Below the pieces are notes generated by a model. That model ran no database searches and was not told where the DNA came from. It saw only the letters and a list, made by a program, of their open reading frames with translations. A stretch of 63,509 bases of DNA, the filler included, from Octopus bimaculoides (taxonomy: Eukaryota): NCBI RefSeq assembly GCF_001194135.2. It is 6 parts of 5 records of this genome, joined end to end, with 100 filler letters (N's around TTAATTAATTAA, not from the genome) between each part and the next. Parts side by side here need not be neighbours in the genome. Positions count along the whole stretch, not along the records: positions 1 to 15,701 come from NC_068985.1; 5 more parts are not named here. One strand, 5' to 3'. Positions 1 to 12,920 of this stretch are shown here, in pieces. Every line of letters starts with the position of its first letter. The stretch's first letter is position 1. Both the position numbers and the translations under genes were made by a program.

Positions 1-40
<40 letters not shown>
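1..40 (+). repeat. (AAT)n microsatellite
   Basis: Direct reading of the sequence. Confidence 0.97.
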
Positions 41-43
<3 letters not shown>

Positions 44-212
44 CATCGAAAAATAACTTAGGAATGAGAACCCAGGTTCGAAATTTCTCCAAGACACCTG
101 AAGAATGCCGAAACATTGTGTTAACAATAAACAAGATGAGGACAAATATCCGTCGAATGTAAATAATGCAAATAATGTACATAATTCCTCATCTCTTAAG
201 TATAGAACTGTA
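41..212 (+). mobile_element. Short Penelope-terminus-like repeat with a decayed hammerhead-like core
   Basis: gacac-CTGAAGA-atgc-CGAAAC-att-gtgtt at 93-122; gacac and gtgtt are complementary; no ORF. Confidence 0.5.
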
Positions 213-1161
213 CTGTATTGTATTCTGCTACGTAGGAATATGTAAAATTCGACCAAAAATAGCGATTTAAAAAAATTTTCAATTGTATTGCTGAGCCTGA
301 AACACACATTTAACCGCAAAGTTCTTTAGACACCTTTCTTTTAACACTAATTTGCAATAAGATCTTGCTTCTTGGTTACCGCTTCGAAAGTTGCATCTTT
401 CTCTCCACCCTAATGTATATTATCCAAGCGTACACTGATTTAGCTTCTTATCGATTAATGTTTCTGGAATTTAATTTTTGTTAGTATCAGTATTTACTGA
501 TGGTTCTTCTTTGACATTAGTGCCTAACACTTATGAAAGACTAGGAAATACCTGCCACCAAATAATCACTTAACAGCATTCGAAGAAGATTTATGGACCA
601 TAGTTAAAATATAAAATTCAGAAAATATCCCCATAGAAGGAATGAAGACTTAAAGAAACTGAAATCTACTAGCAAGAGTAAAGATGGAACTCTTGTTCAT
701 GCGGATAAGACTGATAATATTTACAATCTTAATATTCACCACTATCACAAATTACCTGGAAACGAAATAAAGACTATAAGATAACGAATAGCAATACATT
801 GAGAATGATTACCATAAAGACCAAGGAAATGACTAATTGTAAAATAGAAGATTAACAGACCCTTTTGAAACTAAAAAACCTAGAATAAGCTTAAAGACCA
901 CAAACCTAATTTTAACAGTTACCCTACCGTTAGGCTAATTTTCCCACACAAGTCCGCCCTCGGAAAAATAAGCAAAGCAATACTTGATAAATATATACCA
1001 ATACTGAGAAATCTATTAAAATTAAAACTATGGTTTAACACACACACGAATTAATATACTGGTTTAATAAATTAAACAACAAAAAGTGTAAAAAGCTTAT
1101 ACAAATTGATATAGCTAGCTATAATGTATCCCTTAACTCCATCCTTCTAAATAAGGCACCC

Positions 1162-1482
1162 TTGTTTGCAAAAAAGAATTCTTATCTAAGTATGAGTGAC
1201 ATCAACATAATATTTGATGCTAGGAAAACCAGTATACAATTTAATAATGAATATTGGGTAAGGAAGGACACTAGCGATAGCTTTGACATTAAAATGGGAT
1301 CTGCTGTCTCAGCACACGTCACAGATTTAGTGGGAATATTCATATTATTTAACTTAGGTAAGGTATTTCCGGAGCTCTGGGGCAGTCTATATAGGGATGA
1401 CGCACTTTGCAAACTAGATAACTTATCTAATAGGAGATTAGAAATATATAAGAAAAAATATATAAATTCTTCAAGAACATAG
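1162..1482 (+). pseudogene. Penelope-type reverse transcriptase core fragment (MGS and YRDD motifs)
   Basis: ORF track translation contains FDIKMGSAVSAHVTDLVG and LYRDDAL, typical of the Penelope RT catalytic region; flanked by stops and frameshifts. Confidence 0.88.
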
Positions 1483-1951
1483 AGCTATCCACCACTATCG
1501 AAAATGAACACAATTCTGTCAACTTCTTCGACGTTAACCGTAATATAGAAACGGAGATTTATAAGCCCTACAATAAGCCGTATACCAACATAAGATATAT
1601 TACCGTAGATAGTAACCATCCAAGAAGCATTACACATAAATTAGTTGAAAATATATCAAAAAGGATTTCATATCTCTCGACCAATGAAGAAATTTTAAAA
1701 CAGAATGTGAACTATTATAATTTAGCACTAAGTAAAGCGGGTTGTAAGCAAAAAATAAAATATTATGGACGAAAGGATAACTCTAATAATATGAACTATA
1801 CGCATAAAGCAAGATACAAACAGAAATCAAAATGCTATGAACCAAACGTAAATTCTAAAAATAAGAACTATACACAAAACGGAATTCACAATAATGAGAT
1901 TAGAATAGAGGAAAATGAGCATAAGGATAAAATGATTACAGGTAGAAATCG

Positions 1952-1954
<3 letters not shown>

Positions 1955-2008
<54 letters not shown>
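1955..2008 (+). repeat. (AAT)n tract at the 5' junction of the RLE-type insertion
   Basis: Direct reading. Confidence 0.95.
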
Positions 2009-2009
<1 letters not shown>

Positions 2010-3356
2010 TGACAGGATATAGGATGCACCACCCAAAATCTGACATAGAAAGGCTATATATACAACGCACAGAAGGTGGCAGGGGTCTTATACAGCTAGA
2101 AAACTATTATAAAATAACCACCATAGGACTGCTAAAATACCTACTCCAGAAGCAAGGGAAACTAATACAAATAGCCACAAAACACGAGCAAAACAAAAAA
2201 CTGTTTTCAGTATTTAAGGAAGCTGACAAATACAAACAAGAAATCAATCTACCTNNNNNNNNNNNNNNNNNNNNNNNNNNNNNNNNNNNNNNNNNNNNNN
2301 NNNNNNNNNNNNNNNNNNNNNNNNNNNNNNNNNNNNNNNNNNNNNNNNNNNNNNNNNNNNNNNNNNNNNNNNNNNNNNNNNNNNNNNNNNNNNNNNNNNN
2401 NNNNNNNNNNNNNNNNNNNNNNNNNNNNNNNNNNNNNNNNNNNNNNNNNNNNNNNNNNNNNNNNNNNNNNNNNNNNNNNNNNNNNNNNNNNNNNNNNNNN
2501 NNNNNNNNNNNNNNNNNNNNNNNNNNNNNNNNNNNNNNNNNNNNNNNNNNNNNNNNNNNNNNNNNNNNNNNNNNNNNNNNNNNNNNNNNNNNNNNNNNNN
2601 NNNNNNNNNNNNNNNNNNNNNNNNNNNNNNNNNNNNNNNNNNNNNNNNNNNNNNNNNNNNNNNNNNNNNNNNNNNNNNNNNNNNNNNNNNNNNNNNNNNN
2701 NNNNNNNNNNNNNNNNNNNNNNNNNNNNNNNNNNNNNNNNNNNNNNNNNNNNNNNNNNNNNNNNNNNNNNNNNNNNNNNNNNNNNNNNNNNNNNNNNNNN
2801 NNNNNNNNNNNNNNNNNNNNNNNNNNNNNNNNNNNNNNNNNNNNNNNNNNNNNNNNNNNNNNNNNNNNNNNNNNNNNNNNNNNNNNNNNNNNNNNNNNNN
2901 NNNNNNNNNNNNNNNNNNNNNNNNNNNNNNNNNNNNNNNNNNNNNNNNNNNNNNNNNNNNNNNNNNNNNNNNNNNNNNNNNNNNNNNNNNNNNNNNNNNN
3001 NNNNNNNNNNNNNNNNNNNNNNNNNNNNNNNNNNNNNNNNNNNNNNNNNNNNNNNNNNNNNNNNNNNNNNNNNNNNNNNNNNNNNNNNNNNNNNNNNNNN
3101 NNNNNNNNNNNNNNNNNNNNNNNNNNNNNNNNNNNNNNNNNNNNNNNNNNNNNNNNNNNNNNNNNNNNNNNNATATAACATACAGAAAATTGCACTACTG
3201 GGTACTGCACACATCCTACGCAAAACACTTTCAATACAGTAAACATAAGAGCACCACAACAAACCACAGCACATACCCAAGGTGCACAGAGCTGCGCTCG
3301 GTAGTGAAGTGAAAGCACGTTATAAAAATAAAACTACTGAACAATAATAATAATAA
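2010..3356 (+). mobile_element. 5'-truncated R4/Dong-like (RLE-clade) non-LTR retrotransposon, centre lost in gap 2255-3172
   Basis: HHPKSDIERLYIQRTEGGRGLIQLE before the gap; YNIQKIALLGTAHILRKTLSIQ* (stop 3240-3242) after it; ~100 bp 3' UTR then an (AAT)n tail at 3341-3356. Confidence 0.85.
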
Positions 3357-4230
3357 GAAAAATATAAGAAAAGCACCAAGAAACAAATTAAAGGTATAAA
3401 TAAACCAAGCAAGGATAGAAACAGTGAGGAACTACTAATAAAAGTTTAAGATAATAGAATAAAAAACCCAAAAGAAAAAAGATAAGTCATTAGTTAAGAC
3501 TCATAACAGAGGAAATAAACATAGCGAAAATAACCCTGAAAACGGGGCACGGCATTATTAAGGAAACAGCGAAAGATACTGATAATAAAACCTGTGATTG
3601 TGCCAAGAAAAATAAAAATAGATGTCCATTAAGAAATTCTTGTACAGAAAATAGTGTAATATATAGGTGCAAAGAAATGTCTGAGGGCACGGAAAATTAT
3701 ATAAAAAGCAGGATAGCCAAACATAAAAGCACTTTTAGGGATAAGAGAAAAGAAGTAACCACTGGTTTAAATAGATTAATTTGGGCAAATAAGGGCAAAA
3801 ATAAGGACTATACGCTGAAGTTGGAAGTAATTAGCCAAGCAAAATCTTATAGCATGGGAAAAAAGGTGTGACTTGTGTATAGAGGAAATAAGCCAGATCA
3901 TTACTTCCAAGCACAAATTAATCAACAATAAGAGAGAAAGAGTATTTTACTGTCCACACAGGATTAAATGTACGTTTAATAAATTGAAATAAATAAAATT
4001 AAATAGATATAATAAGAATAGATATACGTTTAGTAAATCCAAATAAATATAATTAAATAGGCATTATGTGTATAAATCAATATCTAGACCTAATAATTAT
4101 ATAATATTAATCAAATAGAGGAAGACATACTGAAATCCTTACTATGAGCTGATGTATCTAAATAAATAACTTAACAATAGTATTAAACAAATGAGGGTTA
4201 GAGAGCTTGTTATATTCATAAGGAAAAGAA

Positions 4231-4376
<146 letters not shown>

Positions 4377-5374
4377 TTGGACAAATAAGTATAAGTCGAT
4401 TAGTGTGTGTAAAATGTTGAGTAGAGCATCGGAGAGTTTAGGCTACCTGTGTCATCAGCAGTTGTGGAACACTTCTGTTGGATCTTCTTCAGGAACTCCG
4501 CAGTAGCAGTTATGGTAATAATATCAATTAACAGGAGATGGATTCGTTATTAAATCAATCTTTATTGGGTACAACATGTTTCGACCCATCAGTCTGTGTC
4601 TTATCTGGTACATCCATAAAGATATGTCACACTACAGATTTTTAGTGTCGGTTTGTTATATGTCCATCAAGTTAGGGAATGAATAAAAGCAAAAAATATT
4701 ACAGAATCGCAAAAAGTTTAAATATGAACGTGGAAATCTTGCGTTCCTGTTTAGATAAAATGACCTAATCTGCTTTCGCTGACATAACTGCTTAGAGGAA
4801 AAGAAAGCAGAAAAAGAAAAAAATCTAATTCTTAGTCAAGTAGCTTTATGCTCATACATATACGTACAGAGAGATAAACAGACAGACACACANNNNNNNN
4901 NNNNNNNNNNNNNNNNNNNNNNNNNNNNNNNNNNNNNNNNNNNNNNNNNNNNNNNNNNNNNNNNNNNNNNNNNNNNNNNNNNNNNNNNNNNNNNNNNNNN
5001 NNNNNNNNNNNNNNNNNNNNNNNNNNNNNNNNNNNNNNNNNNNNNNNNNNNNNNNNNNNNNNNNNNNNNNNNNNNNNNNNNNNNNNNNNNNNNNNNNNNA
5101 TATTTAAAATATTGATCTTATCAAGTGGTCAGCATGGGAATAAAAACCATCAAAGGTAATAATTATTTAAAATTATAATACAGGGTATCAAGAGATACCA
5201 CCACGCTGAAAAAATAGCAGTCAAATCCTGACTCTAAAACCACAATAAATGTCCGCATGGCACGATTAGCGTATATATATATATATATGTATATACAAAT
5301 ACACACACATATATATACATAAATACACCCACACACACATATATATGTATATATATGATGATTACTTCATCTTG

Positions 5375-7855
5375 AGAGATAGCCGTCCCATCAACACACA
5401 CACCACACCCCATAACACTGTACAATCACATGACTTTTATGACCAGCTGCTGAATGACAGGGTTTAAAACGCAAGTGACAGTTATTATTCAAGTTTCTTC
5501 TACGTCTTTGACCTTTGGAACCTGATTCTGATGGAATGTTTTGGGGAACCAGCATATGTCTTTAACTCTAGTTATTATTTTACAAGTCTTTTGACATATG
5601 ACACAAGTCGTAAGTGGTGGTTGGTGTCCAAGATCATTACCTATCTCGGCATTACGATTTTCACGTGAATTCATATGGTTCACGTATCCTTCTTTAGACA
5701 ACAGAACACGGTCACATATAATACATATCCAATGTTCACTGTTGATTACAGTTCCAATCGTTCCTTTGCGACAGGCCCTTTTAAGTTCAGAGTGCTGAAT
5801 CATCGTTTCCTTCCATGCATAACAACCAGTCCTAACAACACCTCTCCACTTGTTCCGATCTAGAGCCTCATTTTTCCCATCAATTTTGATCATATCTAGT
5901 TTCTTGAGGTTTTTCTTCACACAGTATTTATACATTTTCCTCGCTTATGTTGTGGATGCTTACCAGCCTTGAACTCACCATAAAAAGATGCTTTGGCAAA
6001 CGCTCGTCTTTCATTCTAATAACAAGTCCAGTCCATTTCATTTGAGCCAAGATAACATGTTGTTCAATTGAGCTGCAACGCGACATGCGCAAAACCTCTG
6101 TATCTGGTATGAAAGTTTCTCACTTGACTCCTAGGATACGTCTGATGCACTTTTGATGAAATCACTCTAGCATTTTTATGTAACGCTTGTAAGTGGTCCA
6201 TGTCTCACTTGAATAAAGAAATGCAGACAATACACACGCTTTAGAGACTGATTTTTGTCTGCAGGGAAATACTTCTATCGGCTCATATTCGCTTTTCGAG
6301 CTTTCCAAATGTAACACTTCCCTTCCCTATTCGAAAGTATAGGGAAATATAATATAGGCATCAAGACAACCATCTTTTGACAGTGTGCTTCCTAGGTAGA
6401 CAGAGGTGTCAACGACTTGTAACTCTGTTCCATTCAGAAACATGTTTGGTTCAGAATATGTTTGTCCTGACACGGGAGTAAACATTACTTTGTTTTTCCC
6501 CAAACTAATTGTGAGTCCGAAATATACACATGCAGTGGAAAATCTGTCCATTAAATGTTGCATATTTCCCTATGAGTGTGCCAACAAACCAGCATCATCA
6601 TCGTAATGTAATTCACTAACAAGTATTTTGAAAGTCTTCGCTTTGCAGTTAAACCGGGTCAAATTAAAAATACGACCAGATGTCCGAAATCTAATCCCAA
6701 TTTCCCCGTTGCACTCCTTGAAAGCACACCAAAGTAATGCAGCAAAATAAATAGAGAAAAGTGTAGGGGCAGGAATATCAGCCTGTTTGACACCGTTGTC
6801 CACCGAAAATTCAAGAGGTAGCTCACCATTAAAGACTACCTGAGCTTTCATCTTACTGTGCAATTCCTTAAAAATGCTCACAAAATGTGTTGGACAACCG
6901 AGTTTACATGATCCTTGAAAGTATCTTCCCGGTATGTGCCAGAAGAGTTATCCATCTAGAATTACCACACACTGCTTTCGGGCCCTTACCCTTGTAAACA
7001 GAGATTAGAATACCATTTATCCATTGTTGTGGCACAGAAGAATCATTCCAAACTCGAGTTACCAGGTTATGAATTTCAGATGAAATATGATCCCCATTTG
7101 CTTTCAGAATTTCAGCCGGAATACCATCCAATCCAGGAGCTTTACTTGATCTCAGTTTACATAATGCCAGATTTGCTTCTTCCGTGGAAGGTATATCATC
7201 CATGTTTTCCACTATCTTTGCGGAATGTTGTTTATGATATCCATGTTCATTACAGACAGATTGTGGAAAACATCTGCAAAGTGTTCTCTCCATCTATTCA
7301 TTATTCCAGGAGGATCTTTAATAACCTCATTTCCATCTTTTGACTTCAAGCGAACATATGATGATGAAGATTGCTGTCCAAAAGCTTGCCGCAATAAACT
7401 ATAGAAACTTTTAATATCTTTCCTGTCATAGGCTGACTGTACTTCTTGGGACAAATTTCTTCACCAACTGTCTTTAAGCCTCCTGTGTTCTTTTTGCTAG
7501 TCTACTTTCTGAGACTTGTACAACTTTTCTAGTTGCACTTTGTTCTTAACGTTTGGGACAAGAAGCTTTTCATGAGATGACTTATTTGTTGCTAAAAGCT
7601 CATTTATCACTGTATCATTGGAATCAAATAAGAATCGGTGTTGTCTCCTCTTAAAACCTAACACCCCTGATCCCATTTTATATATTCCATCACAGAAAGA
7701 TTGTCATGAACCTTCAAAATGAACATTGCTGCATCTCTTCTCAACTGTAAAACTTGAGGTTGTTTTAGCTGCTCTACATCCATTTTCTCTTGTACTCGTA
7801 CACCTGCACTACGAATCTTCTTACGACCCTGAACTTGAACTTGGCCCTATTTTTA
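5375..7855 (-). mobile_element. Decayed RTE (BovB-like) LINE, 5'-truncated and internally deleted
   Basis: Minus-strand fragments: RWREHFADVF; SSKAPGLDGIPAEIL...YKGKG...TGKILSRIM; NGVKQAD-APTLFSIYF...RFRTSGRIFNL...LHYDDD; FGLTISLGKNKVM...YLGSTLS; C-terminal WICIICDRVLLSKEGYVNH zinc finger. Confidence 0.92.
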
Positions 7856-7879
7856 GATTTTTAAAAAATATCTTTTTAT

Positions 7880-7884
7880 ATATT

Positions 7885-7916
<32 letters not shown>

Positions 7917-8190
7917 TGTATGTATGTATACACATATACATAGTTCCAGGCAACCACACAAACATATAGAGACAGACACACACTCACATATGCACGCACA
8001 CACACATATATATTTATAATCATACACACACATACACACACACACATATATATATCCAAGACAGATATTCATACACGTATAGATCCTCACACCTACATAT
8101 TGCTTCCTACAGACGCTGGCACATCCACGTGCACACACACGTACACGTACACAAACACTCACACACAGGCACACCCCTTTATATGTATAT
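7880..8190 (+). repeat. (TATG)n/(CA)n compound low-complexity tract
   Basis: Direct reading. Confidence 0.9.
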
Positions 8191-8192
8191 GT

Positions 8193-9290
8193 GTAGACTC
8201 ACACAGACACACATGCACTTATGTACTTACACATATGCCCATATACACAAGCTAGCGTTTGCATTTAGATTTATGCATCTCGACGTTCCCGTCCGTCTAT
8301 CAAGCCTGGTAGTATTTATCGGTACATTTTACTTATACATAGCTGCATTGTAAAGTTCGATGTCTAAATACATGTTATTCGAATACGAGCAAAAAAAATA
8401 ACTACAATATCTACAATAACCAACCAAATCATGACACCAGCAACAATTCAAACAACAACACAAACACACCCAGAAATAGTAAAAAAAATAATAAAATAAC
8501 CATAACCACGAATGTATTGACTAGAACAAATTCGTCTAGTGCTCGCTGCACATAAGCAAAAAAAAAAAAAAACTCGACCAATTATGCTTATGCAGGGACA
8601 AATCCAAATGTCTCGTGGACAATCAATGCATGACCAGAAATGTAGTGTACAAGTGCATAGTAAACGTTAGAGGAGGCGCCTACGTATGTATCGGTGCATC
8701 GGCTGATATTTTTAAAAAATCGGTATCGCAAACATATTGCCAACTTTCGAAAAATCCTTAAACGGCACGTAACATCACTGGCTGATTTTGTCTGGAGACT
8801 CAAGGAAGAGAAAGCAAAATACGACCTGACCTGATCAATAATTAGATATGCGAGTCCCTATTACACACTATCTCAGAAATGCCAGCTAAGTTCCGAGGAG
8901 TCACTGTCAATATTATTAACAAAGGAGCGCATTATAAACAGATTTACGGAACGATTACCTCTGTGCATACATGCAGCTAAACACACGTTCACATACTACA
9001 ATCTAAACAGCACCTGACTGATGCAAATCTAACAACCACAACTCGGATTAATACCTCTTAGTTAAAACCTAATGAACTGTAACCATAAAACCTATACTAA
9101 AGAAGAACCATATGCGAATAACTTGTATTTAGACATCTAACTTTACAATATAGCTATGTACAAGTAAATAGTATCAGACTTGATAGATGGATGGGGAAGT
9201 CGAGATGCATGAATCTAACCGCAAGCGCTGGCTTCTGCATATCGGCATGTGTGTAAGTACATATGTGTGTGTGTGTCTGTGTGAATCTAC
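8193..9290. repeat. Long inverted repeat: arms 8193-8385 and 9111-9290 around a ~725 bp spacer
   Basis: The reverse complement of 9111-9290 aligns by eye to 8193-8385 along its length, with one indel; ORFs 8129+ and 9154- share near-identical peptides (RFMHLD...LSSL). Confidence 0.88.
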
Positions 9291-11575
9291 TATCATAATG
9301 CAATTCTAATTGTAAAATATGAATGAAGGCGATAAATTGAAACGCGCATAGACGACATGAAATCAACTATTATATAAATAAATCGATCTTTTCTGTGTTC
9401 ACACTCTCCATTTCCTTTGTATTATATAACATATATATATAATGTTTATAAGCCATGTATTAAACAAGTATGGTATTTTAAACTAAGAGATAAAATTTAC
9501 TACCGCATTGTTAGAAAATTATCTCCTTTCTCAGCCGCAATATAATGTAACCTTAAATAAGAAAACTGCAAAATTGTTCTTTTCAACCACAACAAACTTA
9601 GCCCTGTATATAACTGCTTTTATCAAAGTTAAAATAATGCTATGGAGAAATAATTCTCTTAAACCTCCTCAACTCGAATTGCCTGGCCAAGAAAATAGTA
9701 TACAAATGAATTACAATACATAGTACAGATGATCTTTTACAACGAAGCGTATATTGTATTAACTATTAATAATTATAAAGTATGATATACTTATCACACT
9801 TCTTTCAAAATATCGAGTAAAAACGCAAGCGCATTATCTAAGCATACATTGAAACTAACAATAGAGTGTATAGCCAGTAATAGTTTCTACTGAATACCGT
9901 AAAGGGTACGCATACTACGGCAGTCCATGTGCTGGACTAAAGCATGCTCAGTAAACCTTACAAAACATATTTCAGATAGGGAACTCACATAGCTTTCTAA
10001 TTTAAACGACTACCATATTTATTTAATGCAAAACATAAGAAATTGAAATAATTGACATTTTAGTCACCACTCTTGCATGAATTATCTACAACATAATGAT
10101 CCATATAATTATTCTTTATAAAGTGAGAAAGTGACTAACTGCTAATAGCAAATCCAGTTTGGCAAAGGAATTTAAGGAGTGAAATTATAGGTACTACCCT
10201 TATGCTGAAACATTTGTGTCCAGTTGCAATGCATGGAATATAACTAATATGAGTGTAGAGAATTGAAATGTAAACTATAAAAAGCCTCTAAATGTGGTTG
10301 TGTTTCTGAGGCTGGAATGTATAGTGTAGTAAGAAAATTTTAGCTGCCATTAAAATAGTTGCTGGGGTAATTTAAAACAGCAAAAGCCCTCTGTTACATG
10401 TTTCAGAATTTGGTGAATCCTGTTGTTTATGAAACCCATTCAAAGTAAATAGAGTTTGAGAACTGCTTTTTAGCTAGAACACGCAATGAAAGAAGCGATA
10501 CATACTGTGAAGAAAACACAAATTAAGCTATATAAGAATATCAAGAGAAAGCTAGCTATTATGGCTGAAGAAATTAGTCATATTGAATGGTTGAAGTGTA
10601 CAATTAAAGTATTAACCAAGAAACTAGCGCTCAAGGAGAAGGTCGGAGACGGACACACAAAGATTATCGTAATTCATGTGAAAAATAGACCAGATTGCTA
10701 TTCTCCTGAGAGCCCTGTAGGAAGTACCTCCCCGCAGATAAACATTAGCTGTGGAGACAAAATTGATACTACTGGTTATCATCATTGTGAATATTACGCA
10801 AAGTAGTAGCATGTTCTGATTAATATTACACTACTTTGGAGCATGTGTGTAATCACTTGCGTGTAATCTGATGGAATATTCTAGTGCAGTGAAGCAACAA
10901 TGCTATACCATCACCATTGTGTATTATTTGGAAAGGATTGGTCTTAGGAAGGTCAACAGATTCATGAACTGGGCAGAGAAGCAAAAATATCTTTTATCAT
11001 GCTTGTTGCAGATGCATGCGAGTGAAATAAAAAAGAACTGAATGCAGAAAATTCCCTAGTAAGTAGTATAACAATATATCCTTGTATACTTGAAATGCCT
11101 ATGAATGTAAGCAATTTCTTGTGGTAGCAGAAGGAAAATGTATGTTACTACATGAACCAAATGAACCCAGACACTCCCTGATAGCAGCAATGCTTCTCAA
11201 TACTGCTAGAGTGAGCGATACTATCGGACAGTTGTCGAAAGTGTTGTGATCTCCAGTCGATAGATAATAAACTGAGTTTTCCGAAGCATAAGCAGCATGT
11301 AAAATTTTTTAAATGAACTGTTATCGTTTGTTTTCTAATTAATTAGAATCCAAAAATATGTTATGATTTAGATGAAACTGTGATAAGAAACTTATCTTTC
11401 CATAAGAAATAAAGAAATATATTGCTTTTGTAAGTAAGTGTACATTCAGAAATTAAGTAATTTTCACGCGTACTCTTTACAACAGGAATATCACGAAGAA
11501 CTTATTCTGTTTCAGCACGTTTCTTAACGACAGTATGAGTGCTCATTACTATGAACTTGCAATGCAATTTTCAAG

Positions 11576-11642
11576 ATGAATAACCCGAGGCATTTAGAAA
11601 GTAATTCGATGGTTGGAATTAGCAGAAACATATTTTATTTCG
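11576..11642 (+). CDS. Candidate first coding exon of an uncharacterised spliced gene (low confidence)
   Basis: ttctgtttcag acceptor at 11515/11516; ATG at 11576; two possible phase-1 donors (gtaatt 11601, gtaaat 11643) matching the phase-1 exon at 14860. Confidence 0.2.
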
Positions 11643-12399
11643 GTAAATACTTGAAAAACGAATCATTAATATACAATGAAAAGTCTGATTTTACGCTTTC
11701 TTCGAAATATCTTATGTGTCACTGAAGTTCCTTTCGTAAGGCCCTCGGCGCACAATTAGGTTGCCAACATCATATTCTCATTAAATCTAAATTTTCTCCA
11801 CCTTCCCTCTTGTAAATTAGGTACTTATTGTCAAAAAAAAAAAAAACTTTTAAAAGTACTCCTCAATTCTGCCACCGAATACAATTCATGCAATGAACTA
11901 CAGAATATGGTCTCCTAAAAAATATACTGGTGAATATTGCTTAGTGAAAATATCTGTTGGTTAATTAAATTGCTAATGCTTGGAAGGTGTGGCTCAAATT
12001 GTTGGCGAGAGAAAGTATATATATATATATAGGGTATAAGTATTCAATAGAATCAAGGCACATCGACACGTGGAAAGCCGGAATGGCTAGGTACGATAAC
12101 ATAGTCAGTGTTGTTGGGATATTGTAGATATGTAGGTACAAATCCAATTCAAACAGTAGATCTGACTCTGGGGCTGGTCCTTTGTGTGGTGTAAGTATAA
12201 AAGTAAACACAAATAGTGCTTAAAATTTAAATATGAGATAATAGATTTTAAAAAATCGATAATTTTTACTTTAATTTTATCTTGATTCCATATGTATTTC
12301 GTTGCTCATTTACCTCCAGAAGTTACCCTTCTCAGTCGTGCCGAGTTATACTAATCTTAAAATTAGAGTAATATAACTTATATTATAACATAGGTTTAA

Positions 12400-12920
12400 A
12401 ACAAATATAACTTATATTCAAACCAAATGTAGAGAAACTAAGAAGATGTAGACATAGGAAAATTGTATGGATGTAGCCACGAACATATGTAGATATACTA
12501 AGAACACGTAGATATAAGAAAATTGTAAGGTATAATCGCTCAGAGTGTATGAAAATTCTAGAAAATTCCCGAAACTCATAGATAGCATTTTCCTTACTCA
12601 CATAATTCGCACAAGATGTTCAATATGGCCAATGTAAGATACAGTGTCGATCATTTTCATCCGCAATATGAATAACAACATTAGGAACATCCTCCAAAGA
12701 TTCTGTAATTCTAGATCACCGGAAAATTCTTACCTGGTGAATAAGTTCCTGGGAAAAGAATAACTGTAGTAGGCCACCATCACAGATGTAAATGGCACAA
12801 AAAAATCTTACATAGAAACGAGGGGAAACTCCTTCAAAGAGATATACGTTCCGAGATAAAAACAAAAGACATAAGCAATACGGCATGTGCAAGCATAAAT
12901 TCATGATGCTTTTTCCACAT
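12400..12920 (+). mobile_element. Old Penelope GIY-YIG endonuclease relic
   Basis: Manual translation: HNSHKMFNMANVRYS then CNSRSPENSYLVNKFLGKE*L**ATITDVNGTKKSYIETRGNSFKEIY, matching the CNC..CPL..C..IY.AT..YIG..FK.RY layout with stops. Confidence 0.7.

Larger units (their letters stand above)
525..3992 (+). mobile_element. Decayed Penelope-like element (RT + GIY-YIG endonuclease), interrupted at 2010-3356
   Basis: Frameshifted translations: LTAFEEDLWTIVK, HADKTDNIY, RLIFPHKSALGKISKAILDK, FDIKMGS...DLVGIFIL...LYRDDAL (1162-1482), YITVDSNHP, KRISYLSTN; after the insertion CDCAKKNKNRCPLRNSCTENSVIY, GTENYIKSRIAKHKSTF, CDLCIEE, CPHRIKC. Confidence 0.9.

Noticed and set aside
10141-11250. 106-aa ORF at 10486-10806 and Cys-containing fragments nearby as a possible decayed transposase
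   Set aside because: No recognisable motif, TIR or splice context; I could not support a family call.
12040-12196. DSGAGPLC as a serine-protease GDSGGPL-like exon (12136-12190)
   Set aside because: The motif is imperfect, the acceptor has no pyrimidine tract, and the phase does not fit neighbouring candidates.
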